Positions 46,835-57,630 of a stretch of 64,000 nucleotides of DNA are shown in pieces. The number at the start of each line of letters is the position of its first letter. The first letter of the stretch is position 1. This DNA comes from Nemertoderma westbladi (Eukaryota; Animalia; Xenacoelomorpha): positions 42,487 to 106,486 of the forward strand of contig JAUCBJ010006867.1 in assembly GCA_032718475.1 (NCBI GenBank), in the 5' to 3' direction. The position numbers were made by a program, and so were the translations under genes. The notes below the pieces were generated by a model. That model saw only the letters and a list, made by a program, of their open reading frames with translations, was not told where the DNA came from and did not search any database.

Positions 46835-49800
46835 CTATTTATATATACGACCACTCCTAGTACATGAAGTCTGAGTATTATGTGTGTTCCTTGTAGTGGT
46901 AGAGCTCTGGGGCTCTTCTCCATGATTTGAGGGACTATTCACCGCAAAATCATAACTTATATCGAACGTTTCCTCTTCTGTATTCCCAGGATTCATATTG
47001 TCATTATCGACTTGCTCCACTGAATCCACTATCGACTGGGGACAGCGCGATAGTTTAGAGATATTCACTGTGTCTATCCAACCATTGCCATCATCAACCT
47101 TTACAATCTGGTTGGAGATTACTTCTATCACTTGCGCTTTGACAAGAGACTGTGTAGGTCCCTTCTTACAGAATACCCAGTTGCCATTCCTCAACCAGGT
47201 TGGTCCCGTGAATTTTACATAGGGTTTATCGGAGCTGGATGGCCTGGGTGCGACTGTAGAGAATCTGTTAAATCTTAAGAACCTCGAGTGAGGTGTGACA
47301 CCTGTAATACGGTTAGTCAAGGCACGTATATTCCCCAATGCATTATCCAGCTCTGACTCCCATTGGTTCACATTCTTATTGGACTCTGCCAACCGAAGCA
47401 GAATGTGCCGCCAAATTATTCCGTTGTACCGTTCACACTGCCCATTACCTGAAGGATGATAGGCAGTTGTACGTGTTTTAGTAATATTCCATGATTCAAG
47501 ATAATCTCTAAATTTCTGACTTTCGAACTGTGATCCTCTGTCAGAATGGACAGACTTACATGGACCAAATAGAGTAAACAGCGATGTTAAACATCGCTCA
47601 ACAGTTTCTAACTTCATGTTTGGTACAGGAAATGCAAATGGAAATCTCGAAAACTCATCAATGCAAACGAATAAGTATTTATTTCTGGTGGCTGATGGTA
47701 TGGGTCCTTTAAAGTCAACCGAGACTCTCTCCCATGGTTCTGTAGATGATGTAATTGTCCCGGGAGTTGGTTTTACAAACCTTGGTTTCTGCTCACAACA
47801 AATTATACAGTCATGACATATCTTAGCGCAATCTTGCTTCAGCCCTGGCCAATCATAAAATTGTTTAATGAATTGATATGTCCTTTCCACACCAGGGTGC
47901 CCCAAACCTCTATGAATCGTGTCCAATGAAACAGAACCTTGTCCATCCTGTAATCCTCCATCTGACGACTGAGATGCGCAACACCGGCTCAGTGCATCAG
48001 CTATGATATTGTCTGTACCTCTCCGGTAACTGATTTCAAATGCAAACTCAGCCAACTCGATGCGCCACCTACACAATTTCCTATTCTTCACTTTTGTTTT
48101 TGGCCGTTCATCTAACAAGTATGATACTCCTTCCTGATCTGTTAATATTTCAAAACGCCGCCCCATTAGAAAGTCTCTCAGTTTATCCACACAGTAATAT
48201 ATCGCAAAGGCCTCTAGTTCTGGTGTGGACCAATATCGTTCTGTCTGACTAAGGCTGTGAGAAATAAAGGCGATGGGACGTCCATTCTGTGATAGCATAC
48301 CTCCAATAGCACTGTCAGATGCATCAGTTTCTAAAACTAAGGGATCAACTAAATTTGGTATCAATAAACACGACTCCACTATCTGTCTTTTAATTTCTGT
48401 GATAGCCTGGATACATTCACTATTCAACGGGAAGCACCCCTCTTTGAGTGATACAAAGAGTGGATTAGCTACCATAGCAAAGTTCTTCACCCATTTTGAG
48501 TAATATACGCATATTCCAACAAGCCTTTCTAAAGCTTTCTTGTTACTGGGCACTGGCAGGTCCATAAGCCCTTGATATCTAGAAGGATCCGGTTTGGTAC
48601 AACCATTACCAATAATATGACCCATAAACTGAATTTCAGTTTTGTGGAACTCACACTTAGTTAGCTTAAACCTCATTTGGGCAATTCTTGCTCTCTCTAG
48701 GAACTTCCGCACCCGCTCATCATGCTCTTTCGTATCATTACCAAATACAACAACGTCATCCACTATTACTTCAACCCCTTCTAGGTCTGAAATAATGTTC
48801 ATAATTTCTCTCTGGAACACTGCGGTTCCATTAGTTACCCCATATGGGAGTCTATTAAATTGAAACAGTTTACCCCCGGCCTCGAATGCGGTGTAAGGTC
48901 TTTCCTCTTCCTTGATAGGTAGCTGGTGATAGGCCGACCTTAAATCGAATTTTGAAAAAACCTTACCAACAGCTATACGATCAATAATTTCCGAAACCAC
49001 TGGGAAGGGGTATGCATCATGTTCAGTGAACTGGTTTATCGTCGAAGCATAATCTATGCAAAACCGACGCTTATCCCCCTCGTGGGAAATCACACACTGG
49101 GACCTCCATGGGCTTTGGGAAGGTTCTATTACCCCATCTCCTAATAGTCGTGTTACTTCGGATTGAATAAACTTACGGTCATCACTGCTCCTGTAACGGG
49201 ATGCAGAACGGATGGGAGTGGCCTCGGAATTCAGTATAATGACTGACACAGGTTCCACAGCTAACCCCACATTTTCTTCAACAAACAATTCCTGAAATTC
49301 TTCGAGTAACCCACCACTACAGCTTGAGACCCGTAAGTTACCCTGATTACCTCCAAAAGGCAACTGAACCTCGGTAAACTCCTTCAGAGCTGACACACCC
49401 AGAATTGCCGGATCACACAACTCCCTAGCAATAAACACTGGGACAACTATATAACGGTTATCAATTTCTATAATGGTTTCAACTTTCCCCAATATATTAA
49501 GCGACTGGTTCCCAATAGAAAGACATGAAGTGCCTATTGTGGACCCATTTATCTGCCATTTAAACTTCTTAGCAGTATGTAAATCAACTAGCGTTATATC
49601 CGAACCAGGATCCACAAGCCAATCTAATTGTATATCATTCACCTTTGCCGTTACAAACTTCCTTAAACTTCCACCGGTATTCTGGTGTCCGTCATTGGCG
49701 GCAACCCGAAATGCAGCCGAACTTGAACTGTTTCCCGGCGCCACATTCCCAGTAGGCTTAGAACCAGGAGTGGTAGAGCGACACATTCTAGCGAAATGGC

Positions 49801-50677
49801 CCGGTTTACCACACTTGTGGCAATCAACACTCCTTGCTCTACATTCAGTTTTAGAATGAAAAGCTGCAGAACCGCAACCAAAACACCTCCATTTCCCTGA
49901 TGGACTTGACTGTTGGGTCGCCCGACCAGAACATACATAGGCGGGGTTATGGATTGATGACCCATCCACACCGGGTCCAGTTTCAGCCAATCTTGTGAGA
50001 GCCCTTGGGACATTCGCAACTTTAGACCCATGTGACGCTGTAACGCCCCCAGAATGTTCCACAGCTGCTCTCACAGAGGACTGTTCAATCTCTGCCGTCG
50101 AGAACGCATCCTCAAATCCAAACACATTCCCCGACTTTTCCGCCGATTTATAAGCCCGGAACACTGCAACGCGAATGTCGTCCGAGGCAACTCCAGTACA
50201 AAACGCATCCCGAAGCGCCTCGTTCTCAAAGGCTGCAGGGAAACGACAAAAACTAATATTCTTCCTCAGATCCGATACAAAATCATCTAAACTCGCTCCA
50301 TCACTTTGCTTTGATGAATAAAGCTTAACTCGTTCGCTTAACGCGTTTCTCTCCATCATCAGCTTCTTTTCGAGGAAGCTAACCGCTTGAGTGAACTCGG
50401 TTTCTCCAGGATTTAAGGTTCCCCACACCTTCACCTCGTCGTAATATCTAGCTGCTTTCTCGCCGGAGTAAAGCAACAGCCAATCTACCTTTTCCGAATC
50501 GGGAACTCTGGATAGACGTATGAAGCGCTTAAACTGATTCATCCACTGAGAGAAGTCATCTTTGTCAGGGTTAAACTTCTCCAAAACACGGCTTAGTGTA
50601 GGACCGGTTCTCCGTTGTCCAGTACCAACGTCGTAGGGTTCAGTGTTAGTACCGGTACTCTGATCGGCTTCAGCCAT
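46835..50677 (-). CDS. Single Gag-Pol polyprotein of element D (1280 aa)
   Basis: Two CCHC knuckles, protease LVDPGS, RT (FDLRSAYHQ, LPYG, IVDD), RNase H ETDASD, integrase HHCC plus DFKGP / SDRGSQF / GQCERYN. No chromodomain evident. Confidence 0.96.
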   Translation of the reverse strand: MAEADQSTGTNTEPYDVGTGQRRTGPTLSRVLEKFNPDKDDFSQWMNQFKRFIRLSRVPDSEKVDWLLLYSGEKAARYYDEVKVWGTLNPGETEFTQAVSFLEKKLMMERNALSERVKLYSSKQSDGASLDDFVSDLRKNISFCRFPAAFENEALRDAFCTGVASDDIRVAVFRAYKSAEKSGNVFGFEDAFSTAEIEQSSVRAAVEHSGGVTASHGSKVANVPRALTRLAETGPGVDGSSIHNPAYVCSGRATQQSSPSGKWRCFGCGSAAFHSKTECRARSVDCHKCGKPGHFARMCRSTTPGSKPTGNVAPGNSSSSAAFRVAANDGHQNTGGSLRKFVTAKVNDIQLDWLVDPGSDITLVDLHTAKKFKWQINGSTIGTSCLSIGNQSLNILGKVETIIEIDNRYIVVPVFIARELCDPAILGVSALKEFTEVQLPFGGNQGNLRVSSCSGGLLEEFQELFVEENVGLAVEPVSVIILNSEATPIRSASRYRSSDDRKFIQSEVTRLLGDGVIEPSQSPWRSQCVISHEGDKRRFCIDYASTINQFTEHDAYPFPVVSEIIDRIAVGKVFSKFDLRSAYHQLPIKEEERPYTAFEAGGKLFQFNRLPYGVTNGTAVFQREIMNIISDLEGVEVIVDDVVVFGNDTKEHDERVRKFLERARIAQMRFKLTKCEFHKTEIQFMGHIIGNGCTKPDPSRYQGLMDLPVPSNKKALERLVGICVYYSKWVKNFAMVANPLFVSLKEGCFPLNSECIQAITEIKRQIVESCLLIPNLVDPLVLETDASDSAIGGMLSQNGRPIAFISHSLSQTERYWSTPELEAFAIYYCVDKLRDFLMGRRFEILTDQEGVSYLLDERPKTKVKNRKLCRWRIELAEFAFEISYRRGTDNIIADALSRCCASQSSDGGLQDGQGSVSLDTIHRGLGHPGVERTYQFIKQFYDWPGLKQDCAKICHDCIICCEQKPRFVKPTPGTITSSTEPWERVSVDFKGPIPSATRNKYLFVCIDEFSRFPFAFPVPNMKLETVERCLTSLFTLFGPCKSVHSDRGSQFESQKFRDYLESWNITKTRTTAYHPSGNGQCERYNGIIWRHILLRLAESNKNVNQWESELDNALGNIRALTNRITGVTPHSRFLRFNRFSTVAPRPSSSDKPYVKFTGPTWLRNGNWVFCKKGPTQSLVKAQVIEVISNQIVKVDDGNGWIDTVNISKLSRCPQSIVDSVEQVDNDNMNPGNTEEETFDISYDFAVNSPSNHGEEPQSSTTTRNTHNTQTSCTRSGRIYK

Positions 50678-50688
50678 ATCAGAATTGA

Positions 50689-50703
50689 ATTAATACTTGT
50701 ATT
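50689..50703 (-). other. Self-complementary PBS of element D
   Basis: Minus AATACAAGTATTAAT, 1 nt after the LTR end, is a perfect 15-nt complement of the LTR segment at plus 50797-50811. Confidence 0.88.
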
Positions 50704-51399
50704 TTGTCGAGCGTTGAGAAAGAGATACAACTTCAATATTCCAAATACAATATAATATAATAGGCTAACATCATATAGCCTAACTAACGGTAACGCAATA
50801 CAAGTATTAATACATCAGGCACAGCTACTACAATCTGTATGTAGGCCTATATATATAACCATAGGTACGGTACCGTATTTCGCCCTGTACTACACACTAC
50901 ACAAACTCTACAAGCTCATCGCCTGTTAACTATTTGTATCGATTGCTCCATAATTATTTTGCCTTCCTTCAACTTCACAATTTGCAAACGGATGAGCCAT
51001 ACATTTAAAACTAAATTATTATAAATTTATCATAATGTAAATATAATACATTTGGCGTCCTTTGATGGGTCGCAATTATTAGTATATTTAATTTTATCTT
51101 TCAACACCATCATATATCTTCCTCGATGTGCTTTTAATTCAACGGGCGGGCTCTCAACCGATCATCCATGACGTAGTTAGGAAAATCTTCTCCTCTCGAT
51201 GAAGGGCGCCAAGCCACGGTGACAGGTATGCGGGGAAGCAGTGTGTGACGTCAAACCGTTACTTGAGCACAGTGCGACACGTAGCGTTACATTACTGGGG
51301 TTATTATATAGCAGGGCGTATGGGTGTCATATGTATGTATTGGGTTGTTTAAGGTAAATTAGTCCGTGATTGTGTTAGTTGTATATGTCGGTAAGTGTT

Positions 51400-52098
51400 T
51401 CGTGGGCTGAGAGTAAAAACCGTCTATATCCACTTTCAGCCATTCTGAGATATATGCCTATTAAGTGAAGGCTACTCCAATTCCAAAACCGTCTATATCC
51501 AGATGGATATAGACGATTTAAAAAATAATTTTTAAACCGTCTATATCCATCCAGTTATCTGCAAAGCATGCAGTCTGCCAGTCTGTCAGGAACTGAAAGA
51601 CATAAATAGGCCTGCAGCAGATTTTCCTCCATCAGTACAGTATTCATTCTTACATTATTTAGATACCACTAGTAAACTGAATACTTTTTAAGTTTATCTG
51701 TATTCCATGTGGACATTATTTAGGCTAACTATTGATTAAACTAATGAGGGGCACATCTGGTACCGGTACCGATTGTAGTTGCAGTTGAGTCTAAAATTGG
51801 AAACTGAAAGTTTATTTTCGTTTAGTATACCGGTACCTGGCAGCCTAATGGATTCCAATTTTAAAAACCGTCTATATCCATTACTGGGTTTCGTGTTTGG
51901 ATATAAACGATTTTTAAATTCAGTGATATGTTTGAAGAATTTTACATTTTGTTGGTGGCAAATATATTACTTTCTAAAAACCCAATGTACTATTTTTATC
52001 TGTCCAGTAGATACGTGAAGCATTCAGCTATCCATTCATAAAATTCACTAATTTTTTTTGGGATTTGGATATAGACGGTTTTTACTCTCAACCCACGG
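51400..52098. mobile_element. MITE with about 32-bp TIRs and repeated subterminal motif (EnSpm/CACTA-like)
   Basis: Absent from the 5' LTR of C. TIR CGTGGG(C/T)TGAGAGTAAAAACCGTCTATATCCA; motif AAACCGTCTATATCCA recurs about 7 times in both orientations. TSD TT (or GTT). Confidence 0.85.
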
Positions 52099-53166
52099 TT
52101 GGTTAATCCGTCTGTTTAGTTTTGTAAATTTTATTTAATCTTTATAAATCTAAGTCTGCCTTTGTTGTATCAACACATCCCTTTCTTTCCTCTCATATTT
52201 TATATCCCAGATTCCACATCCCTTTCTTTCCTCTCATATTTTATATCCCAGATTCCACATCCCTTTCTTTCCTCTCATATTTTATATCCCAGATTCCACA
52301 TCCCTTTCTTTCCGCTCATATTTTATATCCCAGATTCTACATCCCCCTTTTTCTTCTCACATCCCACATCCTATCTTCTTATCTTATTCTACTGTCGGGT
52401 TGTGACATGGTTTTTGTTTGTCTGTTGTGCAAGTGTAAAAATTAGATGGACACCTATTAGTGTTCTTTACACTAAGTTCACGGCACCTAGTTAGGACCAT
52501 TAGTTTCACAACTTCAGAATAATTTGTGTTATTTAGTTTGCAGTTTTATTAGGGGATTTAGACGGGAAGGATTCTATTTGACGCTAAGGGCCGGGAACTC
52601 GGTAAGTGCTTGAACCTTTCTACCTGTTGACTGCTTTCATATGACCACTTGACCTCGACTTATCACTACAGTACTTGTCTCTCCCATATGCGTGTGACTT
52701 GAGTTACATTTTAACAGTTTATAACTGCTCTATAACATCGGCTCAGATTTATATTTAAAGACTTTTACTTTTACTTGGACAACAGATCGGGTTTTCTTGC
52801 GTGTGTGTGTCCGTAGTCCGTGAATTCTTCCTGCTATAATAGCGGTACTATTCAGCCATTATTTGTCACCACTCTCTCTCTTTTGGCTATATTATTAAGT
52901 TGCGTAATTTTCGCTTGTCAGAATTATTATTGTAAATGCACATTGCGTCCGCGCGACTGGCAATAGCGCCTTTCGTCCTATTGGTTTATTAGGGAGCTAT
53001 TTGATCGCATTAGTTTGTCGTTTATACATATGTGCCCTTCGGGGGGTTTATTGCAAATTGTTAGGCAAGAACCCTGATAGCAAAATCGGCACATGTTTGG
53101 ATGTATTACGAAACAACATCGATCGATGATGTATTACACATTGATACAGCATTGATACATTTCACA

Positions 53167-53591
53167 ATGACAACCCAGAATCACTAGATGTGCTGACACC
53201 CAGTCACTTTCTAATGGAGAGGCTGGCGACCATCGACATGCGGGGTGTAGACCCAGATGACATACACTCCCGACAGAGTTGGAAAGTCGCTAAGGCGATA
53301 AGCGCAGAGTACTGGAGCAGGTGGGTCGAGGAATACCTACCCACATTACATAGGAGGAGCAAGTGGAGAAATACCACTAGAGAGTTAAAGAAGGGTGATT
53401 TGGTGATCGTCACGGACGATACCATCATCAACAATCAGTGGAGGCTAGCAAGAATAGTAGACACTTACTCCGACGAGGACGGAAGAGTCCGATCGGTGGA
53501 AGTACGGATAGGGGGTAAGATAGGAGCAAAGGATAGGAAGACCTACAGGAGGGCTGTAGGGAAATGTTGCCTACTAGAAGGGGCACCATAG
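53167..53591 (+). pseudogene. pol: C-terminal integrase portion of element B
   Basis: LTPSHFL..YWSRWVEEYLPTL..KW..GDLV..W..ARI..DGRVRSVEV; continues the frame broken at 33369. Confidence 0.93.
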
Positions 53592-53759
53592 AGTTTAGTC
53601 GTCCAAGAGTTGGACTGAAGGGGGTGGGATTGAGGGCGAGATGCCCTTCCCACAAAAAATATAAAAAATAATAAAAATAATAAAATAAATAAAATAATAG
53701 AAAGAAAGAAAGTTAGAGAGGAGAAAGTCAGAAAGTGATAGTAGTAGATAGTATGTAGC

Positions 53760-54375
53760 ACTAAGTAGTAGATAGAAAGTTAGCAGAAGTTAGTTGTAGT
53801 TAGAAAGTTAGTAGTAATTGGAAAGCTAGCAGAAGTTAGTTGTAGTTAGAAAGTTAGTAATAGTTAGAAAGTTGATAGAAGTTAGTACCGTGAGAGCTAG
53901 AACTTAGAAACCAGGGAGTGTGGTATAGAGACATACTATGGGAGTAAGAGGGTACATAGTAACGGGAGAGTTAGAAGTTAGGAATAGGGAGTGTGGTATA
54001 GAGACATACCACAGGAGTAAGAGGGTACATAGTACCGGGAGAGGTAGAAGTTAGAGATCAGGGAGTGTGGTATAGAGACATACCATGGGAGTAAGAGGGT
54101 ACATAGTACCGGGAGAGGTAGAAGTTAGAGATCAGGGAGTGTGGTATAGAGACATACCATGGGAGTAAGAGGGTACATAGTAACGGGAGAGTTAGAAGTT
54201 AGGAATAGGGAGTGTGGTATAGAGACATACCACGAGGGTAGTAGGAGGGTACATAGTACCGTTAGAGAGTTAGTAGAGTTGGAATCTTAGTAGAGTTAGA
54301 GACTTAGTAGAGTTAGAGAGTTAATAGAGTTAGTAGTAAGAGAGTTACATGGTAAGTAGTAAGTAAGAAGTAAGT
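53760..54375 (+). repeat. Purine-rich repeats in the 3' UTR of B, including about 5 copies of a 73-74-bp unit (53913-54270)
   Basis: Unit AGGGAGTGTGGTATAGAGACATAC...GAGGGTACATAGTA...AGAAGTTAG starts at 53913, 53986, 54060, 54134 and 54207; flanked by AGAAGTTAGT-type short repeats. Confidence 0.9.
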
Positions 54376-55156
54376 AGAGATATAGGTACAAAAATGATAG
54401 CACAGACTAGGGGCAAATGTGGACAAAAAAAATCTAAATTAAAAATTAAGATTATCAGGACCACCCCCGAACTACAAAAGAGCCTCAAGGTGGCCTTCGG
54501 AGGTCTGGTAGACCACCCAGGGCTGAAGGACGAGTCGGTGTACTACAACAACCGGCATCTAGTAGACAGGGAGGTGGATACACCATATCAGAGGTGGGAG
54601 AAGTTGGAAGTTGGAAGTTGTACTGTAGTCAAGCACAACCCTTTTCCAATTACCTACTGGGACTGGGGATTAATTGACTAGGGCGACAGGACGGGACTTA
54701 GACGGTTCCCACTAACATGATGCGCACATGTGTGGGGCCCAATAAGTGTGTAAGGGATGATAGTGAGAATGAGAATCGGGGTGGGGGGGGATGGAGAGGA
54801 GGTTTGACAGGATAAGGGAAAGTGAGAGGAGTGCGATTCGGGTGTGGGGAACGAGTAAGATAGAGTAGAGTGGAGTTGGAGTGGAGCTGAAGTGAACTTA
54901 GAGTGAGAGGAGTTTTAAAATTGTGTGAGGAGTCCACAATTGTCTCAAACAGAGACGTCAGATGTCTTGGTGCAACATAGATTGCGGTTGCACCAACAGA
55001 GGGTAGTAACATCATACCCAGAGGGAGCGGCCTGGAAAGCCGACCCCAAGTAAGAGAACTCCACCCCACACCCGATAATAGATCGGGTTCAAGCGGAATT
55101 GAAGCGCACTCGAAGGTGATGCTATCTTCTCACCGGGAAGATAGCATGGGAGGGAT

Positions 55157-55723
55157 TGTTAGCAGATTCCATTCCGCCTCACTATCCCCATAAAGTTGGG
55201 AAGTCGCACCTTTTTCAGCAATATTGGGGATACGAGATTAATCATAACTAATCTCGTATCACCCCCAATAACGGGGACAACACACGGCCCCGAAGGCCAC
55301 ACACAAAAGAGGTTAGAGGTCAAGCTACCTCGAGAGGGAAAGTAACAGCAGCGGGGGGGAAGCACTCCCACAGAGGTGGGAGCCGAGAATTAGTATATCA
55401 ACCAATGGGAGAGGAGAGCATCCACTGAACGAAGGCCAAGGTAGTGTAGCCATAATTAGACATATATATTATATCTCATTGCCGGTCAGTAGTTCAGTCA
55501 TCTCAGTCATCAAGTGCAGATCAGTGACATTTCGTACTGTCACCGTCATTACCGGTACAACATCTTATATTACAACAACTGTACTATTATATTCAGTTTA
55601 CTCATTTACTCATATCTGCATTAAGCTTAACAATATTAGACCAACAGCAACAAACTATCTTTTCCCAATTACACGGTGATGTGTAACCTAATCAACCGGT
55701 CGGGATCCCCTGATCCCGTCACA
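55157..55723 (+). repeat. 3' LTR of element B (567 bp)
   Basis: Matches 24814-25381; preceded by PPT, followed by TSD. Confidence 0.95.
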
Positions 55724-56519
55724 AAAAACCTCAGTGGGAATCAAGATAACTGCAATGCAATATGTTTAAAAATTTGAAATTTCGAGCTTGCACATTAGGT
55801 GCACTTCTGGTAAACAGTAAAACTTTTAATTTTTAATAAAATTGGTAATAATTACATCACCACTCCAAAAACTTCATAGGAAAAGTGAAGACATTTCGCT
55901 GCCCTACGCCCTTTGCTTTTGGTGCTGCAGCGCACCAAAAAAACTTGTCCCCAGGATACCACTACCCCCTCCCCCCGGCCGAAATAGGGTTAAAAAGTTT
56001 AAAAATGTTTAAATTATGTTCTTGGTTGTGTTAAATTAGATTTTTGCAGTATATTTTGAGGTTTATTTTTTAGTTCGTAATAATTGATTGAATAATGTAC
56101 ATGATTTTACATTCTGTATGTACAGTTTGCATTAATTTACAATTTCTTTCTGTAATTATTTCTATTTTAATATGTACTGTATATTATAAAAAAATTTAAT
56201 GAATTTGTTTATTAAATTTAATTTATATTCAATCCCCAGCCAGGATTGAGAAGAACCCAGTTTCACCATCTAGCCGGTGTGCCTGAGATTCTTTGAATTT
56301 TTTTTAGTGAAGTAGACATACTGTACAGTACGTAAATGTACGGCTGCTTTTTTTATTCAGAAAGAAAGTTATTCGGTGCAAAAATATGTGTTTTGGTATT
56401 ATATATGTATTTTGGTATTATATGTGTTTTGGTTTCTGTTAAAATTATTTTTGAGTGATGATATTTATTTATTTTGGCAATCAAGATGTATTATTTTAGT
56501 TCAGAATGTTTTATTTGGG

Positions 56520-56865
56520 ACAAAATGGATGTTTTTTGGTCACTTCAGCAACTTGCTTGGGCTGCCACCAAACATCGAGGTGAGCCCTACAAGGAAAATA
56601 CTGTATATAACAAATATACTGTATAATAAAATATATGACAAGACGCTACCTATAGAAACAGGCCGAACTCCAAAGAAGCATTAAAAGCATGTCCAATAAT
56701 AAAGCGAGTGGATTAGATGAAATCCCAGCGGAGGTATGGAAAACATGAGTGCTAAACAGACAATTATTGAATGTTTGCAACCGGATGTTAAAAGGGGAAA
56801 AGCCACCACCAATTTGGACTAAAGGTCAACTAAAGCCTCTCCCTAAGAAAGGAGACCTCGGGGTT
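56520..56865 (+). pseudogene. RTE-like LINE RT N-terminal fragment
   Basis: Reads GHFSNLLG...MSNNKASGLDEIPAEVWKT*...IWTKGQLKPLPKKGDLG. Confidence 0.75.
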
Positions 56866-56949
56866 ATGGGTGAATGAGTGGTTTCATATTATTAAAACTT
56901 TTTGTTTGGCACAGCTTTTGCAAAGTCGGCAAGTCATGTTTTCTGGTGC

Positions 56950-57630
56950 GCTGATTCTATGGAATACATTTCTAATGCTCCAGATCATTGCTACTCGTAT
57001 TTTTCGGCGTAATATGGCAAATTTTGGTGCTAGCACAAAATTTCGTACCCAACCCATCACAAAAATTTACAAGTTTGAGATGTCCAGTGCTGTTTTTATT
57101 GATTCCATCGGATTCAGAACCCTCATGAACCAGTATAACGCAAGAAAAAAGTTGATACAATCGATTGATCAATTTGCTTATTTTCAAAAATTTCGTGCTG
57201 GCACAACAATTTTCAACCTCCGCCGAAAAATACAAGTTTGAAAACTTTTGAGCAATTTTTACTTATTCCAATGAAGTCAGAACCCTCACAAACCCATATA
57301 ACGCAAGAAAGGTGACACAATCAATTGATATATTTGATTGTTTTCAAAATTTGGCGCCACACTAAATTTTGCACCCACTTCGAAAAATATACGTTTCAGA
57401 TGTCTAGTTAGATAATTATTTATTCCATTAAATTCAGAACCCCCATAAACATATAAAATGCGAGTAATAAGTTGTCACAATCACTTGAACTATTGAATCG
57501 AAAATTTCGTGGTATCACCACATTTCCCAGGCGAAAAAACCCCTACTGTGCAAAAAACATGTTCAAACAATCAATTTAGAAAATTGACATATTTCAACAT
57601 TTGCTGTTGGCTCCAAAATTTGGCACCCGC
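56950..57630. repeat. Diverged tandem repeat, period about 160 bp (3-4 units)
   Basis: ATTCCA..TCAGAACCC..ATAA..GC..ACAATC..TTGA recurs near 57102, 57265 and 57422. Confidence 0.7.

Larger units (their letters stand above)
46408..50912 (-). mobile_element. Intact compact Gypsy/Ty3 element D (Mag-like), TSD AGCTC
   Basis: 208-bp LTRs at 46408-46615 and 50705-50912, identical by eye. AGCTC at 46403-46407 and 50913-50917. PPT GCGGGGGAGTA on minus at 46616-46626. Confidence 0.97.
33370..53166 (+). mobile_element. BEL/Pao LTR retrotransposon C nested in the integrase of B, TSD ATGAC
   Basis: ATGAC at 33365-33369 and 53167-53171; removal restores B integrase RPLYPENDNPESLDVLTPSHFL. Proteins are clearly related to element A. 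Confidence 0.97.
45699..53166 (+). repeat. 3' LTR of element C, interrupted by Gypsy D and a MITE
   Basis: Preceded by PPT TTGGGGCGG (45690-45698). Pieces 45699-46407, 50918-51399 and 52101-53166 are colinear with the 5' LTR. Confidence 0.95.
24814..55723 (+). mobile_element. BEL/Pao LTR retrotransposon B (decayed), TSD AAAAA
   Basis: LTRs 24814-25381 and 55157-55723 (about 15 differences by eye), TGT...ACA termini, AAAAA at 24809-24813 and 55724-55728, PPT GGGAGGGA at 55148-55155. Confidence 0.95.
23940..55989. mobile_element. Non-autonomous piggyBac-like DNA transposon (about 1.13 kb originally), split by element B
   Basis: TTAA|CCCTAATTCGTCTGG at left and CCGGCCGAAATAGGG|TTAA at right (12/15 inverted match). 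Additional subterminal inverted similarity (G-run..GGGGACA..TTTT versus AAAA..TGTCCCC..C-run). No transposase. Confidence 0.7.
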
